A stretch of 32,000 nt of DNA from Longivirga aurantiaca (lineage in GTDB: Bacteria > Actinomycetota > Actinomycetes > S36-B12 > CAIYMF01), in contig NZ_JBHSTI010000008.1 of NCBI RefSeq assembly GCF_042660085.1, forward strand, positions 240,001-272,000, in the 5' to 3' direction. Positions 1 to 11,947 of the stretch are shown in pieces. The notes under the pieces are model-generated. The model worked only from the letters and a program-made list of their open reading frames with translations. It was not told where the DNA came from and made no database searches. Within the stretch, counting starts at the first letter, position 1, and every line of letters begins with the position of its first letter. A program made the position numbers and the translations under genes.

Positions 1-957
1 GAGCGAGCGCAGGCGCGAGGCCACGCTGCTCGCCTGGTGCACCACCATGAGCTCGTCGGCGTCGGCGTGCTCGCGGAACTGCTCGAGGTAGTCGCGCACG
101 ACCTCGCGCGTGCCGATCGCGGCGTAGGTGAGCATCTCGTCGATGTGCGCCATCTGCGGCGACGCGAGGACCAGGTCGATCTCGTCCTCGGTGAGCGGCG
201 CGCGCCCGCGCCCGAAGAACGTCTGCACGCGCATCCGGCGTACCGCCTGCAGCTCGGCGTCGGCCTGCGCCTGGGTGTCGGCCGCGATCACGGTGACGCC
301 GGCGACGACGTACGGCGAGTCGAGCTGCTCCGACGGCTGGAACGTCGATCGGTAGATCGCGACCGCCTGCTGCAGCGAGTGCGGCGCGAAGTGCGACGCG
401 AAGCCGAAGGGAAGCCCGAGGTGCGCCGCGAGCTGGGCGCCGAACAGCGACGAGCCGAGGATGTAGAGCGGCACGTCGGTGCCGCGGCCGGGGGTGGCGT
501 TGACACCGGGGATGCGGGTGCGGTCGGTGAGATAGCCCTGCAGCTCGACGACGTCCTGCGGGAACGTCTCGGCCGCGGCGGGGGAGCGGCGCAGCGCACG
601 CAGGGTCTCCTGGTCGGTGCCGGGCGCGCGGCCGAGGCCGAGGTCGATGCGGCCGGGGTGCAGCGTGGCGAGGGTGCCGAACTGCTCGGCGATCACGAGC
701 GGCGAGTGGTTGGGCAGCATGACGCCGCCCGCGCCGAGCCGGATCGAGTCGGTGTGCGCGGCGACATGCGCGATGAGCACGCTCGTGGCCGAGGACGCGA
801 TCGACGCCATGTTGTGGTGCTCGGCGTACCAGATCCGGTGGTAGCCGAGCCGCTCCGCACGGCGCGCGAGGGCGACGCAGCCGTCGAGGCCGTCACGGAC
901 GGACTCGCCCGGTGCGACCACCGCGAGGTCGAGCACGGAGAGCGGTACGGCGGACAA
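1..957 (-). CDS. LLM class flavin-dependent oxidoreductase (luciferase-like), partial, runs off the window edge; probable TTG start
   Basis: Minus-strand translation reads (TTG)[96 protein letters not shown], typical of luciferase-like monooxygenases. Absent from the ORF track because it is open at the window edge. Confidence 0.9.
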   Translation of the reverse strand, partial: MSAVPLSVLDLAVVAPGESVRDGLDGCVALARRAERLGYHRIWYAEHHNMASIASSATSVLIAHVAAHTDSIRLGAGGVMLPNHSPLVIAEQFGTLATLHPGRIDLGLGRAPGTDQETLRALRRSPAAAETFPQDVVELQGYLTDRTRIPGVNATPGRGTDVPLYILGSSLFGAQLAAHLGLPFGFASHFAPHSLQQAVAIYRSTFQPSEQLDSPYVVAGVTVIAADTQAQADAELQAVRRMRVQTFFGRGRAPLTEDEIDLVLASPQMAHIDEMLTYAAIGTREVVRDYLEQFREHADADELMVVHQASSVASRLRSL

Positions 958-1069
958 CGGCGGCCTCTCGTCGGGGCGGGTGCCTCACGAGCATCGCACT
1001 TCATGCCGCTGTCGTGGCGGCCGGGCCGGCGCGCCTCGCAGCCGCGGGAATGGATGGTGGGGAGGCGTC

Positions 1070-1110
1070 GTTGCAGCGAATATACCCCATGGGGGTATAT
1101 TCGCTGCAAC
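1070..1110. promoter_or_regulatory. Palindromic operator candidate with CsoR-family-like core
   Basis: gttgcagcgaatatacccc-atg-ggggtatattcgctgcaac: 19-bp perfect arms (1070-1088 and 1092-1110), 3-nt spacer, ending 15 bp upstream of the DUF4396 ATG. Confidence 0.7.
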
Positions 1111-1125
1111 GTACCGGAGGTCCTC

Positions 1126-1653
1126 ATGGCACTCGACGCACTGACCCGCACGGCCGTCACGGCGACCCTGCACTGCCTCACCGGCTGCGCGATCGGCGAG
1201 GTGCTCGGTCTGGTCCTCGCCACCTGGTGGGGCTGGGCGACGGCGCCGAGCATCGCCCTGGCCGTGGGCCTCGCGTTCGTGTTCGGCTACGCCTTCACCC
1301 TTGTCCCCGTGCTCCGCTCGGGGATGTCGGTGCGGCGCGCGGTCGGTGTCGCGCTCGCCGCGGACACGGTCTCCATCGTCACGATGGAGGTCATCGACAA
1401 CGGCGTGATGCTCGCGGTGCCGGGGGCGATGGACTCCGGTCTGGGTGACCCACTCTTCTGGGGCGCCCTCGTCTTCGCGCTGGTGGTCGCCTTCGTCCTC
1501 ACCGTGCCGGTGAACCGGTGGCTCATCGCGCGGGGCAAGGGCCACGCCGTCGTCCACGGCATGCACCAGGGGCACCGGGAGAACTCCGCGCACGACGACC
1601 ACTCCGCGCACGACGACCACTCCGCGCACGACGACCACTCCGCGCACGTCTGA
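1126..1653 (+). CDS. DUF4396 domain-containing membrane protein with His/Asp-rich repeat tail
   Basis: MALDALTRTAVTATLHCLTGCAIGEVLGLVLATWWGW...MEVIDNGVMLAVPGAMDSGLGDPLFWGALV...FVLTVPVNRWLIARGKGHAVVHGMHQGH then (HDDHSA) repeats. The longer ORF from 37 is antisense to the LLM gene. Confidence 0.85.
   Translation: MALDALTRTAVTATLHCLTGCAIGEVLGLVLATWWGWATAPSIALAVGLAFVFGYAFTLVPVLRSGMSVRRAVGVALAADTVSIVTMEVIDNGVMLAVPGAMDSGLGDPLFWGALVFALVVAFVLTVPVNRWLIARGKGHAVVHGMHQGHRENSAHDDHSAHDDHSAHDDHSAHV
1585..1647 (+). repeat. 18-bp tandem repeat (tccgcgcacgacgaccac) encoding SAHDDH
   Basis: Three complete copies (1585-1602, 1603-1620, 1621-1638) plus a partial fourth. Confidence 0.9.
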
Positions 1654-1694
1654 CCGGTCTCACCGGGGTTCGCCGCGTACGGCGGACCGCGCGG

Positions 1695-2840
1695 CTAGAG
1701 GCCCAGGTCGCGGCCGATGAGCTCCTTCATGATCTCGTTCGATCCGGCCCAGATCTTGGTGACGCGGGCGTCGCGCCAGGCGCGGGCGACGCGGTACTCG
1801 TTCATGAAGCCGTAGCCGCCGTAGAGCTGCACGCACGCGTCGAGCACGTCGTTCTGCACCTGGGCCGACCACCACTTGGCCTTCGCGGCGTCCACAGCGC
1901 TGAGCTCGCCGTCGCAGAACGCGAGCACGCACTGGTCGACGAACGCCTGCGACACCTCGATCTGCGTCGTCAGCTCGGCGAGCAGGAACTTGTTGTGCTG
2001 GAACGAGCCGATCGACTGGCCGAACGCCTTGCGCTGCTTCACGTACTCGAGGGTCTCCTCGAGGATCGCGGCGGCGTGCGCGATGTTCGACACCGCGGCG
2101 CCGAGCCGCTCCTGCGGCAGGCGCTCCATCATCGAGATGAAGCCGCGGTCGACCTCTCCGATGCGGTTGGCGTCGGGCACGCGGACGTCGGTGAAGAAGA
2201 GCTCGGCGGTGTCGGACTCGGTCTGGCCGACCTTGTCGAGCTTGCGGCCGCGGGTGAAGCCCTCCATGCCGGTCTCGATGCCGAACAGGGTGATGCCCTT
2301 CGCGCCCTGGCCCGGCGACGTGCGCGCGGCGACCACGACGAGGTCGGCGCTGTATCCGTTGGTGATGAAGGTCTTCGAGCCGTTCACGATCCAGTCGTCG
2401 CCGTCGCGGACCGCCGTGGTCTTGAGCGCCGCGAGGTCGGAGCCGCCGCTCGGCTCGGTCATGCCGATCGCGGTCACGATCTCGCCGGTGCAGAAGCCGG
2501 GCAGCCAGCGCTGCTTCTGCTCCTCGGTGCAGAGGTCGCGGAGGTACGGCGCGACCACGTCGCCGTGGATGCCGAGGCACGACGACACCGCGGCCGAGAC
2601 GCGCGACATCTCCTCGCCGAGGACGGCGTTGAACCGGTAGTCGCCGGCCTCGCTGCCGCCGTACTCCTCGGGGATCTCGAGGCCGAGGAAGCCCTGCTTG
2701 CCGGCCTCGATCCAGACGTCCCGGGGGATGGCCTTGGCCTCGATGAACTCCTCGAGGCGCGGGGTCACCTCGCGCTCGAGGAAGGCGCGAGCCGAGGCCC
2801 GGAAGGCCTCGTGGTCCTCGTCGAAGATCCTGCGCTTCAC
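1695..2840 (-). CDS. Acyl-CoA dehydrogenase family protein
   Basis: 381 aa MKRRIFDEDHEAFRASARAFLEREVTPRLEEF...AVTEPSGGSD-like IGMTEPSGGSDLAALKTTA...VQLYGGYGFMNEYRVARAWRDARVTKIWAGSNEIMKELIGRDL. Confidence 0.97.
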   Translation of the reverse strand: MKRRIFDEDHEAFRASARAFLEREVTPRLEEFIEAKAIPRDVWIEAGKQGFLGLEIPEEYGGSEAGDYRFNAVLGEEMSRVSAAVSSCLGIHGDVVAPYLRDLCTEEQKQRWLPGFCTGEIVTAIGMTEPSGGSDLAALKTTAVRDGDDWIVNGSKTFITNGYSADLVVVAARTSPGQGAKGITLFGIETGMEGFTRGRKLDKVGQTESDTAELFFTDVRVPDANRIGEVDRGFISMMERLPQERLGAAVSNIAHAAAILEETLEYVKQRKAFGQSIGSFQHNKFLLAELTTQIEVSQAFVDQCVLAFCDGELSAVDAAKAKWWSAQVQNDVLDACVQLYGGYGFMNEYRVARAWRDARVTKIWAGSNEIMKELIGRDLGL

Positions 2841-2876
2841 GTCGTCCTCCGGGCTGTGGGCTGCGTCGATCCGATG

Positions 2877-4199
2877 CTACTGGCCGGTAGCATCCCCCGC
2901 TCGACCGAGGCCCGCCGGCACTCGGGTGCGTGCCACGTACGCCCAGGGGTCGTCGCCGACGCGGGCGAGGAGCACCACGGCCGTGCCGTCGGCGGGCGGC
3001 AGGCGCAGCCGTCGGCGTACGTCGTCGACGTCGAGCGAGGTGGCGCGCTTCTTGACCACGACCGTGCCGACGCCGTCCGCGACGAGGAGCGTCCGGAGGC
3101 GGTCGAGGTCGTAGGGGAGCGCGTGGCGCACGGCGAAGCGTGCGGACAGCGCGCCGAGGTCGGTGTCGTGGTCGGTGCTCACGTAGGCGACGTGCGGGTC
3201 GAGCAGCCGTCCGGCGAGCCGGTCGACGACCTCCCCGACGAGCCCGGCACGGATGACGGCGTCGTCCGGCTCGTGCAGCCACGCGCCGACCGGGCCGACG
3301 GGCGGCGGCGTCTCGGCGTCGAGGTCCTGCGCCGACTCGAGGATGACGACGTCGTCGCCGCGCACGACGCGGGCGCGGCGACGAGCCCGCCCGTCAGCGA
3401 GTGCGGGCCAGGCGATCTCGGCCTCGACCAGCTGGCCGTCGACCGACGTCCAGGTGGTGCACCCGCCGTCCGGCGTCATCGCGTGCGGCACACCGGGTGC
3501 GACCTTCGCGGCCGTGCGCGGCACGCGGGCCGCGACGGCCTCCACCCACGACCATGGCGGCGACCACTGCTGCGGCTCGGTCACCCGGGCGCTGCGTCCG
3601 CCGCGGCTGCGGGAGGTGTCGCGCCGCGCGGGATCGACGTACGCCGCGTCCGCGTGCCTCAGCGCTGCGGTGAGGACGACGTCGTCCGTGACGTCGCCGT
3701 CGAGCACCTCGATGTGCGCGGCGAGGCCGAGGGCCGCGACGTTGGCGCGGGCGAGGGCGGCGACGCCCGGGTCGCGCTCGACGGCGGTGACGGCCAGGCC
3801 CGCGCGGGCGAGGGCGAGGGAGTCCAGACCGAGCCCGCAGCCGAGGTCGGCCACGTGGGTGGCGCCGGCCGCGGCGAACGACGCCGCGCGCAGGTCGGCC
3901 ACGACGGTGCGGGTGGCCTGCTCGGCGCCGTCCTCGGTGAGGAGCAGGTGCCCGACGACGTCGCCGAGCCGCGGCCGGGCGCGGCGGCGCAGGCGCACCT
4001 GGGTGAGGACGGCGGCGATCTGCGCGGGGCCGGCGTCGGGGGTCGTCCGGCGCAGGGCGGCCGAGGCGCGCAGCGGGTCGACCGCGCCGGCCTCCCCGGC
4101 CGCCGCACGCTCGTGGGCGTCGTCGTCGTACGCCGTGGCCGCGGCGAGCGCGGCGCGTCCGGCGTCCGACGTCAGCCAGGCGACGGTCTCAAGGTCCAC
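2877..4199 (-). CDS. Class I SAM-dependent methyltransferase with THUMP-like domain; start uncertain
   Basis: THVADLGCGLGLDSLALARAGLAVTAVERD motif and C-terminal VVVKKRATSLDVDDVRRRL. The ORF extends to 4310 but would overlap a CIRCE element; GTG at 4199 has GAGAGG about 9 nt upstream. Confidence 0.8.
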   Translation of the reverse strand: MDLETVAWLTSDAGRAALAAATAYDDDAHERAAAGEAGAVDPLRASAALRRTTPDAGPAQIAAVLTQVRLRRRARPRLGDVVGHLLLTEDGAEQATRTVVADLRAASFAAAGATHVADLGCGLGLDSLALARAGLAVTAVERDPGVAALARANVAALGLAAHIEVLDGDVTDDVVLTAALRHADAAYVDPARRDTSRSRGGRSARVTEPQQWSPPWSWVEAVAARVPRTAAKVAPGVPHAMTPDGGCTTWTSVDGQLVEAEIAWPALADGRARRRARVVRGDDVVILESAQDLDAETPPPVGPVGAWLHEPDDAVIRAGLVGEVVDRLAGRLLDPHVAYVSTDHDTDLGALSARFAVRHALPYDLDRLRTLLVADGVGTVVVKKRATSLDVDDVRRRLRLPPADGTAVVLLARVGDDPWAYVARTRVPAGLGRAGDATGQ

Positions 4200-4303
4200 G
4201 CCGGACACCCTCTCAGGTGTCGCGCGGTGCCCGGTGAGGGCCGACTTCGTTGCGTTCTGAGCCGCGAAGGGCCCCGTCATCGCGAACGGGAGGGGGCTGG
4301 GGG

Positions 4304-4330
4304 TTGGCACTCGGGTTGACCGAGTGCCAG
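4304..4330. promoter_or_regulatory. CIRCE element 1 (HrcA operator)
   Basis: TTGGCACTC-gggttgacc-GAGTGCCAg, inverted repeat with N9 spacer, upstream of groES. Confidence 0.95.
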
Positions 4331-4351
4331 CACCTTCCTAGAGTGGTCCCG

Positions 4352-4378
4352 TTGGCACTCTCCCCCCGAGAGTGCCAC
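4352..4378. promoter_or_regulatory. CIRCE element 2 (HrcA operator)
   Basis: TTGGCACTC-tccccccga-GAGTGCCAc, inverted repeat with N9 spacer. Confidence 0.95.
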
Positions 4379-4481
4379 GCGACCGGCACCGGAGCGGCAC
4401 CCGCGACGACGCCTCGGACACCCCGGTCATCGCACTGACAGCGCACCACGACTCACATTCACTGCACGTGGAGGACAGACC

Positions 4482-4775
4482 GTGTCGGTCAGCATCAAGC
4501 CGCTCGAGGACCGCATCCTCGTCAAGAGCATCGAAGCCGAGCAGACGACGGCTTCCGGCCTCGTCATCCCGGACACCGCCAAGGAGAAGCCCCAGGAGGG
4601 CGAGGTCCTGGCCGTCGGCCCCGGTCGCTTCGAGGACGGGCAGCGCCTGCCCCTCGACGTGAAGGTCGGCGACAAGGTCATCTACTCGAAGTACGGCGGC
4701 ACCGAGGTCAAGTACGACGGCCAGGAGTACCTCCTGCTGTCGGCTCGCGACGTGCTCGCGATCGTCGAGAAGTGA
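4482..4775 (+). CDS. groES: Co-chaperonin GroES
   Basis: 97 aa [48 protein letters not shown]...[32 protein letters not shown]. Confidence 0.99.
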   Translation: MSVSIKPLEDRILVKSIEAEQTTASGLVIPDTAKEKPQEGEVLAVGPGRFEDGQRLPLDVKVGDKVIYSKYGGTEVKYDGQEYLLLSARDVLAIVEK

Positions 4776-4809
4776 TCGTCGCTCCTACAGCGACCAGCAC
4801 CTGACGTGA

Positions 4810-4842
4810 TCCGCCCCGGCGGCCTCCGGGCCCCGGGGCGGA
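4810..4842 (+). promoter_or_regulatory. Strong hairpin between groES and groEL
   Basis: TCCGCCCCGG (4810-4819) pairs with CCGGGGCGGA (4833-4842), 13-nt loop, no T-tract. Confidence 0.55.
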
Positions 4843-4871
4843 CCCGTCCCGAAACGCCACAGCACGACTAG

Positions 4872-6530
<1,659 letters not shown>

Positions 6531-6555
6531 TCGTCCGGCTGCCAGCACCACGACA

Positions 6556-6591
6556 CGAGAAAGGCCCCGCCGCGAGGCGGGGCCTTTCTCG
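6556..6591. terminator. Rho-independent, probably bidirectional terminator between groEL and whiB-like gene
   Basis: cgagaaaggccccgcc-gcga-ggcggggcctttctcg: 16-bp perfect arms with 4-nt loop between convergent genes. Confidence 0.9.
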
Positions 6592-6702
6592 TCGTTGCGG
6601 CGGACCCGGAGGTCCGCCGCCGGGCCGGGTGCGCGCACGCACGGCCCTGGTCGGGTGAGGCGCCCGCGAGGGGGGTCAGAGGCGCCGCGCCCGACAGGTC
6701 GG

Positions 6703-7014
6703 TCAGGCAGGGCGGGCGTAGGAGCCCGAGAGCCGCTGCTTGAGGTAGATCGCCTCGCGCTCGTCCTCGGACAGGCCGCCCCAGACGCCGTACGGCTCAC
6801 GCACCGAGAGGGCGTGCGCCGCGCACATGGCAGCCACAGGGCACCGGGCGCACACGCTCTTGGCCGCGAGCTCGCGGGAGAGCCGTGACGGGCCGCGCTC
6901 GCCCTCGGGGTGGAAGAACAGGTCGCTGTCCTCGCCGCGGCAGGCGGCGTCGAGCTGCCAGTCCCAGAGGTCCGCGTTCGGGCCGGGGAGCCGGGAAACA
7001 TCCGCCATGGTCAT
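6703..7014 (-). CDS. WhiB-family iron-sulfur transcriptional regulator (WhiB3-like by position)
   Basis: LWDWQLDAACRGEDSDLFFHPEGERG...AKSVCARCPVAAMCAAHALSVREPYGVWGGLSEDERE: four-Cys (C, CxxC, C) and GVWGG signatures. Alternative ATG at 7008. Confidence 0.95.
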   Translation of the reverse strand: MTMADVSRLPGPNADLWDWQLDAACRGEDSDLFFHPEGERGPSRLSRELAAKSVCARCPVAAMCAAHALSVREPYGVWGGLSEDEREAIYLKQRLSGSYARPA

Positions 7015-7048
7015 GCTCCTTCTGTGCGTCTGCTCAGAACCTACAACC

Positions 7049-7093
7049 GCTTCAGAAGTTGGTCAACACTCTATGTTGAACAACTTACGAAGC
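7049..7093. promoter_or_regulatory. Inverted-repeat operator candidate upstream of whiB-like gene
   Basis: gcttcagaagttggtcaaca-ctcta-tgttgaacaacttacgaagc: 20-nt arms, 17/20 matching (inner 13 nt: 12/13), 5-nt spacer. Confidence 0.6.
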
Positions 7094-7286
7094 GATGCAG
7101 TGACCTCCGCCACGTTTCGCGGGCCGACCCCTGCACCGGTACTTCGCCGCCGGGCGCGGTCCTGGATGCCTGCCTCGCGGAGGAGTGCGTCACGACCGTC
7201 CCGATGCTGGCTCAACGCTGTGACCTGGGGTGTTCGTTCCCCACCGCGGGCATCCGGCCGGACAGCGGACGGGCGTCGGAGGCGCC

Positions 7287-7304
7287 GGGGCGGCCGGCCG
7301 CCCC
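7287..7304. repeat. 18-bp perfect palindrome ggggcggccggccgcccc upstream of the MerR/B12 gene
   Basis: The sequence is its own reverse complement. Confidence 0.65.
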
Positions 7305-7305
7305 G

Positions 7306-7334
7306 ACGGACCGGGACCGTCGGTCCCGGTCCGT
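7306..7334. promoter_or_regulatory. Inverted repeat with 14-bp perfect arms upstream of the MerR/B12 gene
   Basis: acggaccgggaccg-t-cggtcccggtccgt, about 62 bp before the ATG at 7397. Confidence 0.6.
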
Positions 7335-7396
7335 GGCGCGGTGCTGGCGCGTTTCGGCTGGCCCCTGGCCTGGTTGCCCCCCACAATCAGCAGGTC

Positions 7397-8407
7397 ATGG
7401 TCCTGTCCGAGCGCGCTCCCGGCGCACCGGACGCCTCGGCACCCGGCCTCACGGTCGCGGCTGTCGCGCGGCGTCTCGGTGTCGCACCGGCGACCCTGCG
7501 CACCTGGGACCGCCGCTACGGCCTCGGCCCCACCGAGCGCACGGCGGGCAGCCACCGGCGGTACTCCACCATCGACGTCGCCCGCCTCGACCTCATGCGC
7601 CGGCTCGTCAACACCGGCGTCCCCCCGGCCGACGCCGCCCGTGCCGCGCTCGTCGCGGACGTCGAGCCCGCGCGTGCGGCCTCGCTCGACGGCACCGCGA
7701 CACACGTCGAGCTGCTCACCCCCGACCTCGCCGACCTCGACCCGCTCTTCGACGAGCGGGCGCCCGCCGGCGGCGGCAATGTCATCCCGCTGCCCGACGG
7801 CTCCCCGCAGGTCCGCGGCCTCGCCCGTGCGGCGATGAGCCTCGACTCGATCGCCTGCGTCGAGATCGTGCGCGACACCATCGAGCGGCGCGGAGTCGTC
7901 TGGACCTGGGACCAGCTCGTGGTGCCGGTGCTGGTCGGCGTCGGCCGGCGGTGGGAGGCGACGGGCACGGGCATCGAGGTCGAGCACCTCCTGTCGGAGT
8001 CGGTCACGGCCGCGCTCACCGGCGTCGTCTCGCGCCTTCGGGCCCCGGTGAACCCCCGCCCGGTGCTGCTGGCCTGCGCGCCCAGCGAGATGCACTCGCT
8101 GCCGCTGTTCGCCGTGTCGGCGGCGCTGTCCGAGCGCCACATCGGTGCCCGCGTGCTCGGTGCGCGCGTTCCGCGCGAGGCGCTCGTCGCGGCGGTCCGC
8201 CGCACCGGCCCGAGCGCGGTGCTGGTCTGGGCCTACACCGATGCGACCGGTGCCCGGGAGGCGCTCGAGGAGCTGCCCTCGATGCGGCCGTCGCCGTCGG
8301 TCATCGCCGCCGGGCCGGGCTGGACCGAGCCCCTGCCCGCCGGGGTGGCGCACGTGTCCGACCTCGTCGGCGCGGTGGCGCGCATCGCGCACGCCGTCGG
8401 CCTCTGA
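7397..8407 (+). CDS. MerR-family transcriptional regulator with C-terminal cobalamin-binding-like (CarH/LitR-type) domain
   Basis: N-terminal LTVAAVARRLGVAPATLRTWDRRYGLGPTERTAGSHRRYSTIDVARLDLMRRLV; C-terminal helical bundle motif W-EATGTGIEV-EH (Wx9EH) and SEMH (ExH). Confidence 0.9.
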   Translation: MVLSERAPGAPDASAPGLTVAAVARRLGVAPATLRTWDRRYGLGPTERTAGSHRRYSTIDVARLDLMRRLVNTGVPPADAARAALVADVEPARAASLDGTATHVELLTPDLADLDPLFDERAPAGGGNVIPLPDGSPQVRGLARAAMSLDSIACVEIVRDTIERRGVVWTWDQLVVPVLVGVGRRWEATGTGIEVEHLLSESVTAALTGVVSRLRAPVNPRPVLLACAPSEMHSLPLFAVSAALSERHIGARVLGARVPREALVAAVRRTGPSAVLVWAYTDATGAREALEELPSMRPSPSVIAAGPGWTEPLPAGVAHVSDLVGAVARIAHAVGL

Positions 8408-8520
8408 CCCCGCCGTCCCGCTGCCCCCGTACGGGATGGCCGACCGACGCCGAGGCAGGACGGGCCGCTAACCTCCGTGCCACGGCCGGAACCGGCCAGG
8501 TCACCCCAGGGAGTGCACGC

Positions 8521-9426
8521 GTGGACGACGAGCTCGCCGAGCTGCTCGCCACGGGTGAGCGCGCGGCCTTCCACGGCCGTCCGTCCTCAGGGGTCGCTCC
8601 GCTGCAGCGCGCGGTCGAGCTCGCCCACGGCGGCGGCCGCGACGCCGAGGCCACCGCGGCCGTGTGGCTGCTCGGCGTGTGCCTCGCCTCTGCCGGCAGG
8701 TACGGCGCCGCCTCGTCGGTGCTCGAGCCGCTGGCGATCTCGCTGCCCGAGGAGCCCGAGCGGCTGATCTTCTCCTCGCTCGCGGCGTCGAGCATGGCCA
8801 GCATCTCCCGCCAGCTCGGCCGGCACGCCGAGGGCCGGGTGCGCGACGAGGTGGCGCTCGACCTCGCCGGCGACGCCCCCGAGGCCCGCTTCGACGCGCT
8901 GCTCGGGCTCGCGGCCGACGCCGTCGGCCTGGGCGAGGACGACGAGGCGGCGTTCCGTCTCGCCGAGGCGAGCGACCTCGTCGTCGGCAGGGCCGACTGG
9001 TGGCGTCAGCGTGTCCGGGTCCACTGGGTGGCTGCGGAGGTGGCGCTGCTGCGCGACGAGCCCGCCGACGCCGTCGTCTCGGCCGCGAGCGCCATCACGC
9101 TGGCCGAGGCCTCCGGGGCGCCCCGGCACGTGGCCAAGGGCCTGCTGTTCCAGGGTGTGGCCGAGGTGCAGTGCGGCGATCTCGAGCTGTCGGCGGGCAC
9201 GCTCCGACGCGCGGCCGGCCTGGCCGAGAGCCTGGGCACCCTGCCGCTCGTCTGGCCCGCCCGGGCGGTCCTCGGGGCGCTCCTCACCGAGGCGGCGCCC
9301 GCCGAGGCCGCCGCGTCCCTGGCCGCCGCCCGCGCCGCGGTGCGTCAGATCGCCGACGACCTGCCTCCCGCACTGGCCACCGACTGGCTCGTACGGCCCG
9401 ACATCGCGGCCCTCCTCGAGGGCTGA
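8521..9426 (+). CDS. TPR/helical-repeat-like hypothetical protein, GTG start
   Basis: VDDELAELLATGERAAFHGRPSSGVAPLQRAVELAHGGGRDAEATAAVWLLGVCLASAGRYGAASSVLEPL...: Ala/Leu-rich amphipathic repeats. The longer ORF from 6910 overlaps the MerR gene out of frame. Confidence 0.75.
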   Translation: MDDELAELLATGERAAFHGRPSSGVAPLQRAVELAHGGGRDAEATAAVWLLGVCLASAGRYGAASSVLEPLAISLPEEPERLIFSSLAASSMASISRQLGRHAEGRVRDEVALDLAGDAPEARFDALLGLAADAVGLGEDDEAAFRLAEASDLVVGRADWWRQRVRVHWVAAEVALLRDEPADAVVSAASAITLAEASGAPRHVAKGLLFQGVAEVQCGDLELSAGTLRRAAGLAESLGTLPLVWPARAVLGALLTEAAPAEAAASLAAARAAVRQIADDLPPALATDWLVRPDIAALLEG

Positions 9427-9551
9427 GCGCGGCTCTGCGCCGTGCTCGGGCCGTGCGTCGGGCCGCCGTCCCGGGGAGGTCGTGACCACGCTCCGTCAGC
9501 GTTCCCGGCCCCGGAGGCGCCCCCACTACGGCGAAAGCCGTACACCGTGGG

Positions 9552-9578
9552 CTCAGGTTCACCCGTTCGTGTGCCGAT
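9552..9578 (+). promoter_or_regulatory. Possible FliA/WhiG-type promoter upstream of bldM-like gene
   Basis: CTCA (9552-9555) - 17 nt - GCCGAT (9573-9578), about 56 nt before the ATG at 9634. Match by eye only. Confidence 0.3.
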
Positions 9579-9633
9579 CACCTCTGTGAAGCGCCCCCGA
9601 ACGGGGGTGCCCGACGAGGGAGTGCGCGACAAC

Positions 9634-11875
<2,242 letters not shown>

Positions 11876-11947
11876 CCGCGGCGCCCGCCGCGCCCGCCCC
11901 CCAGGTACAGACGCGCCCGCCCACCTGCCAGTGAACGGAAGTCACCC

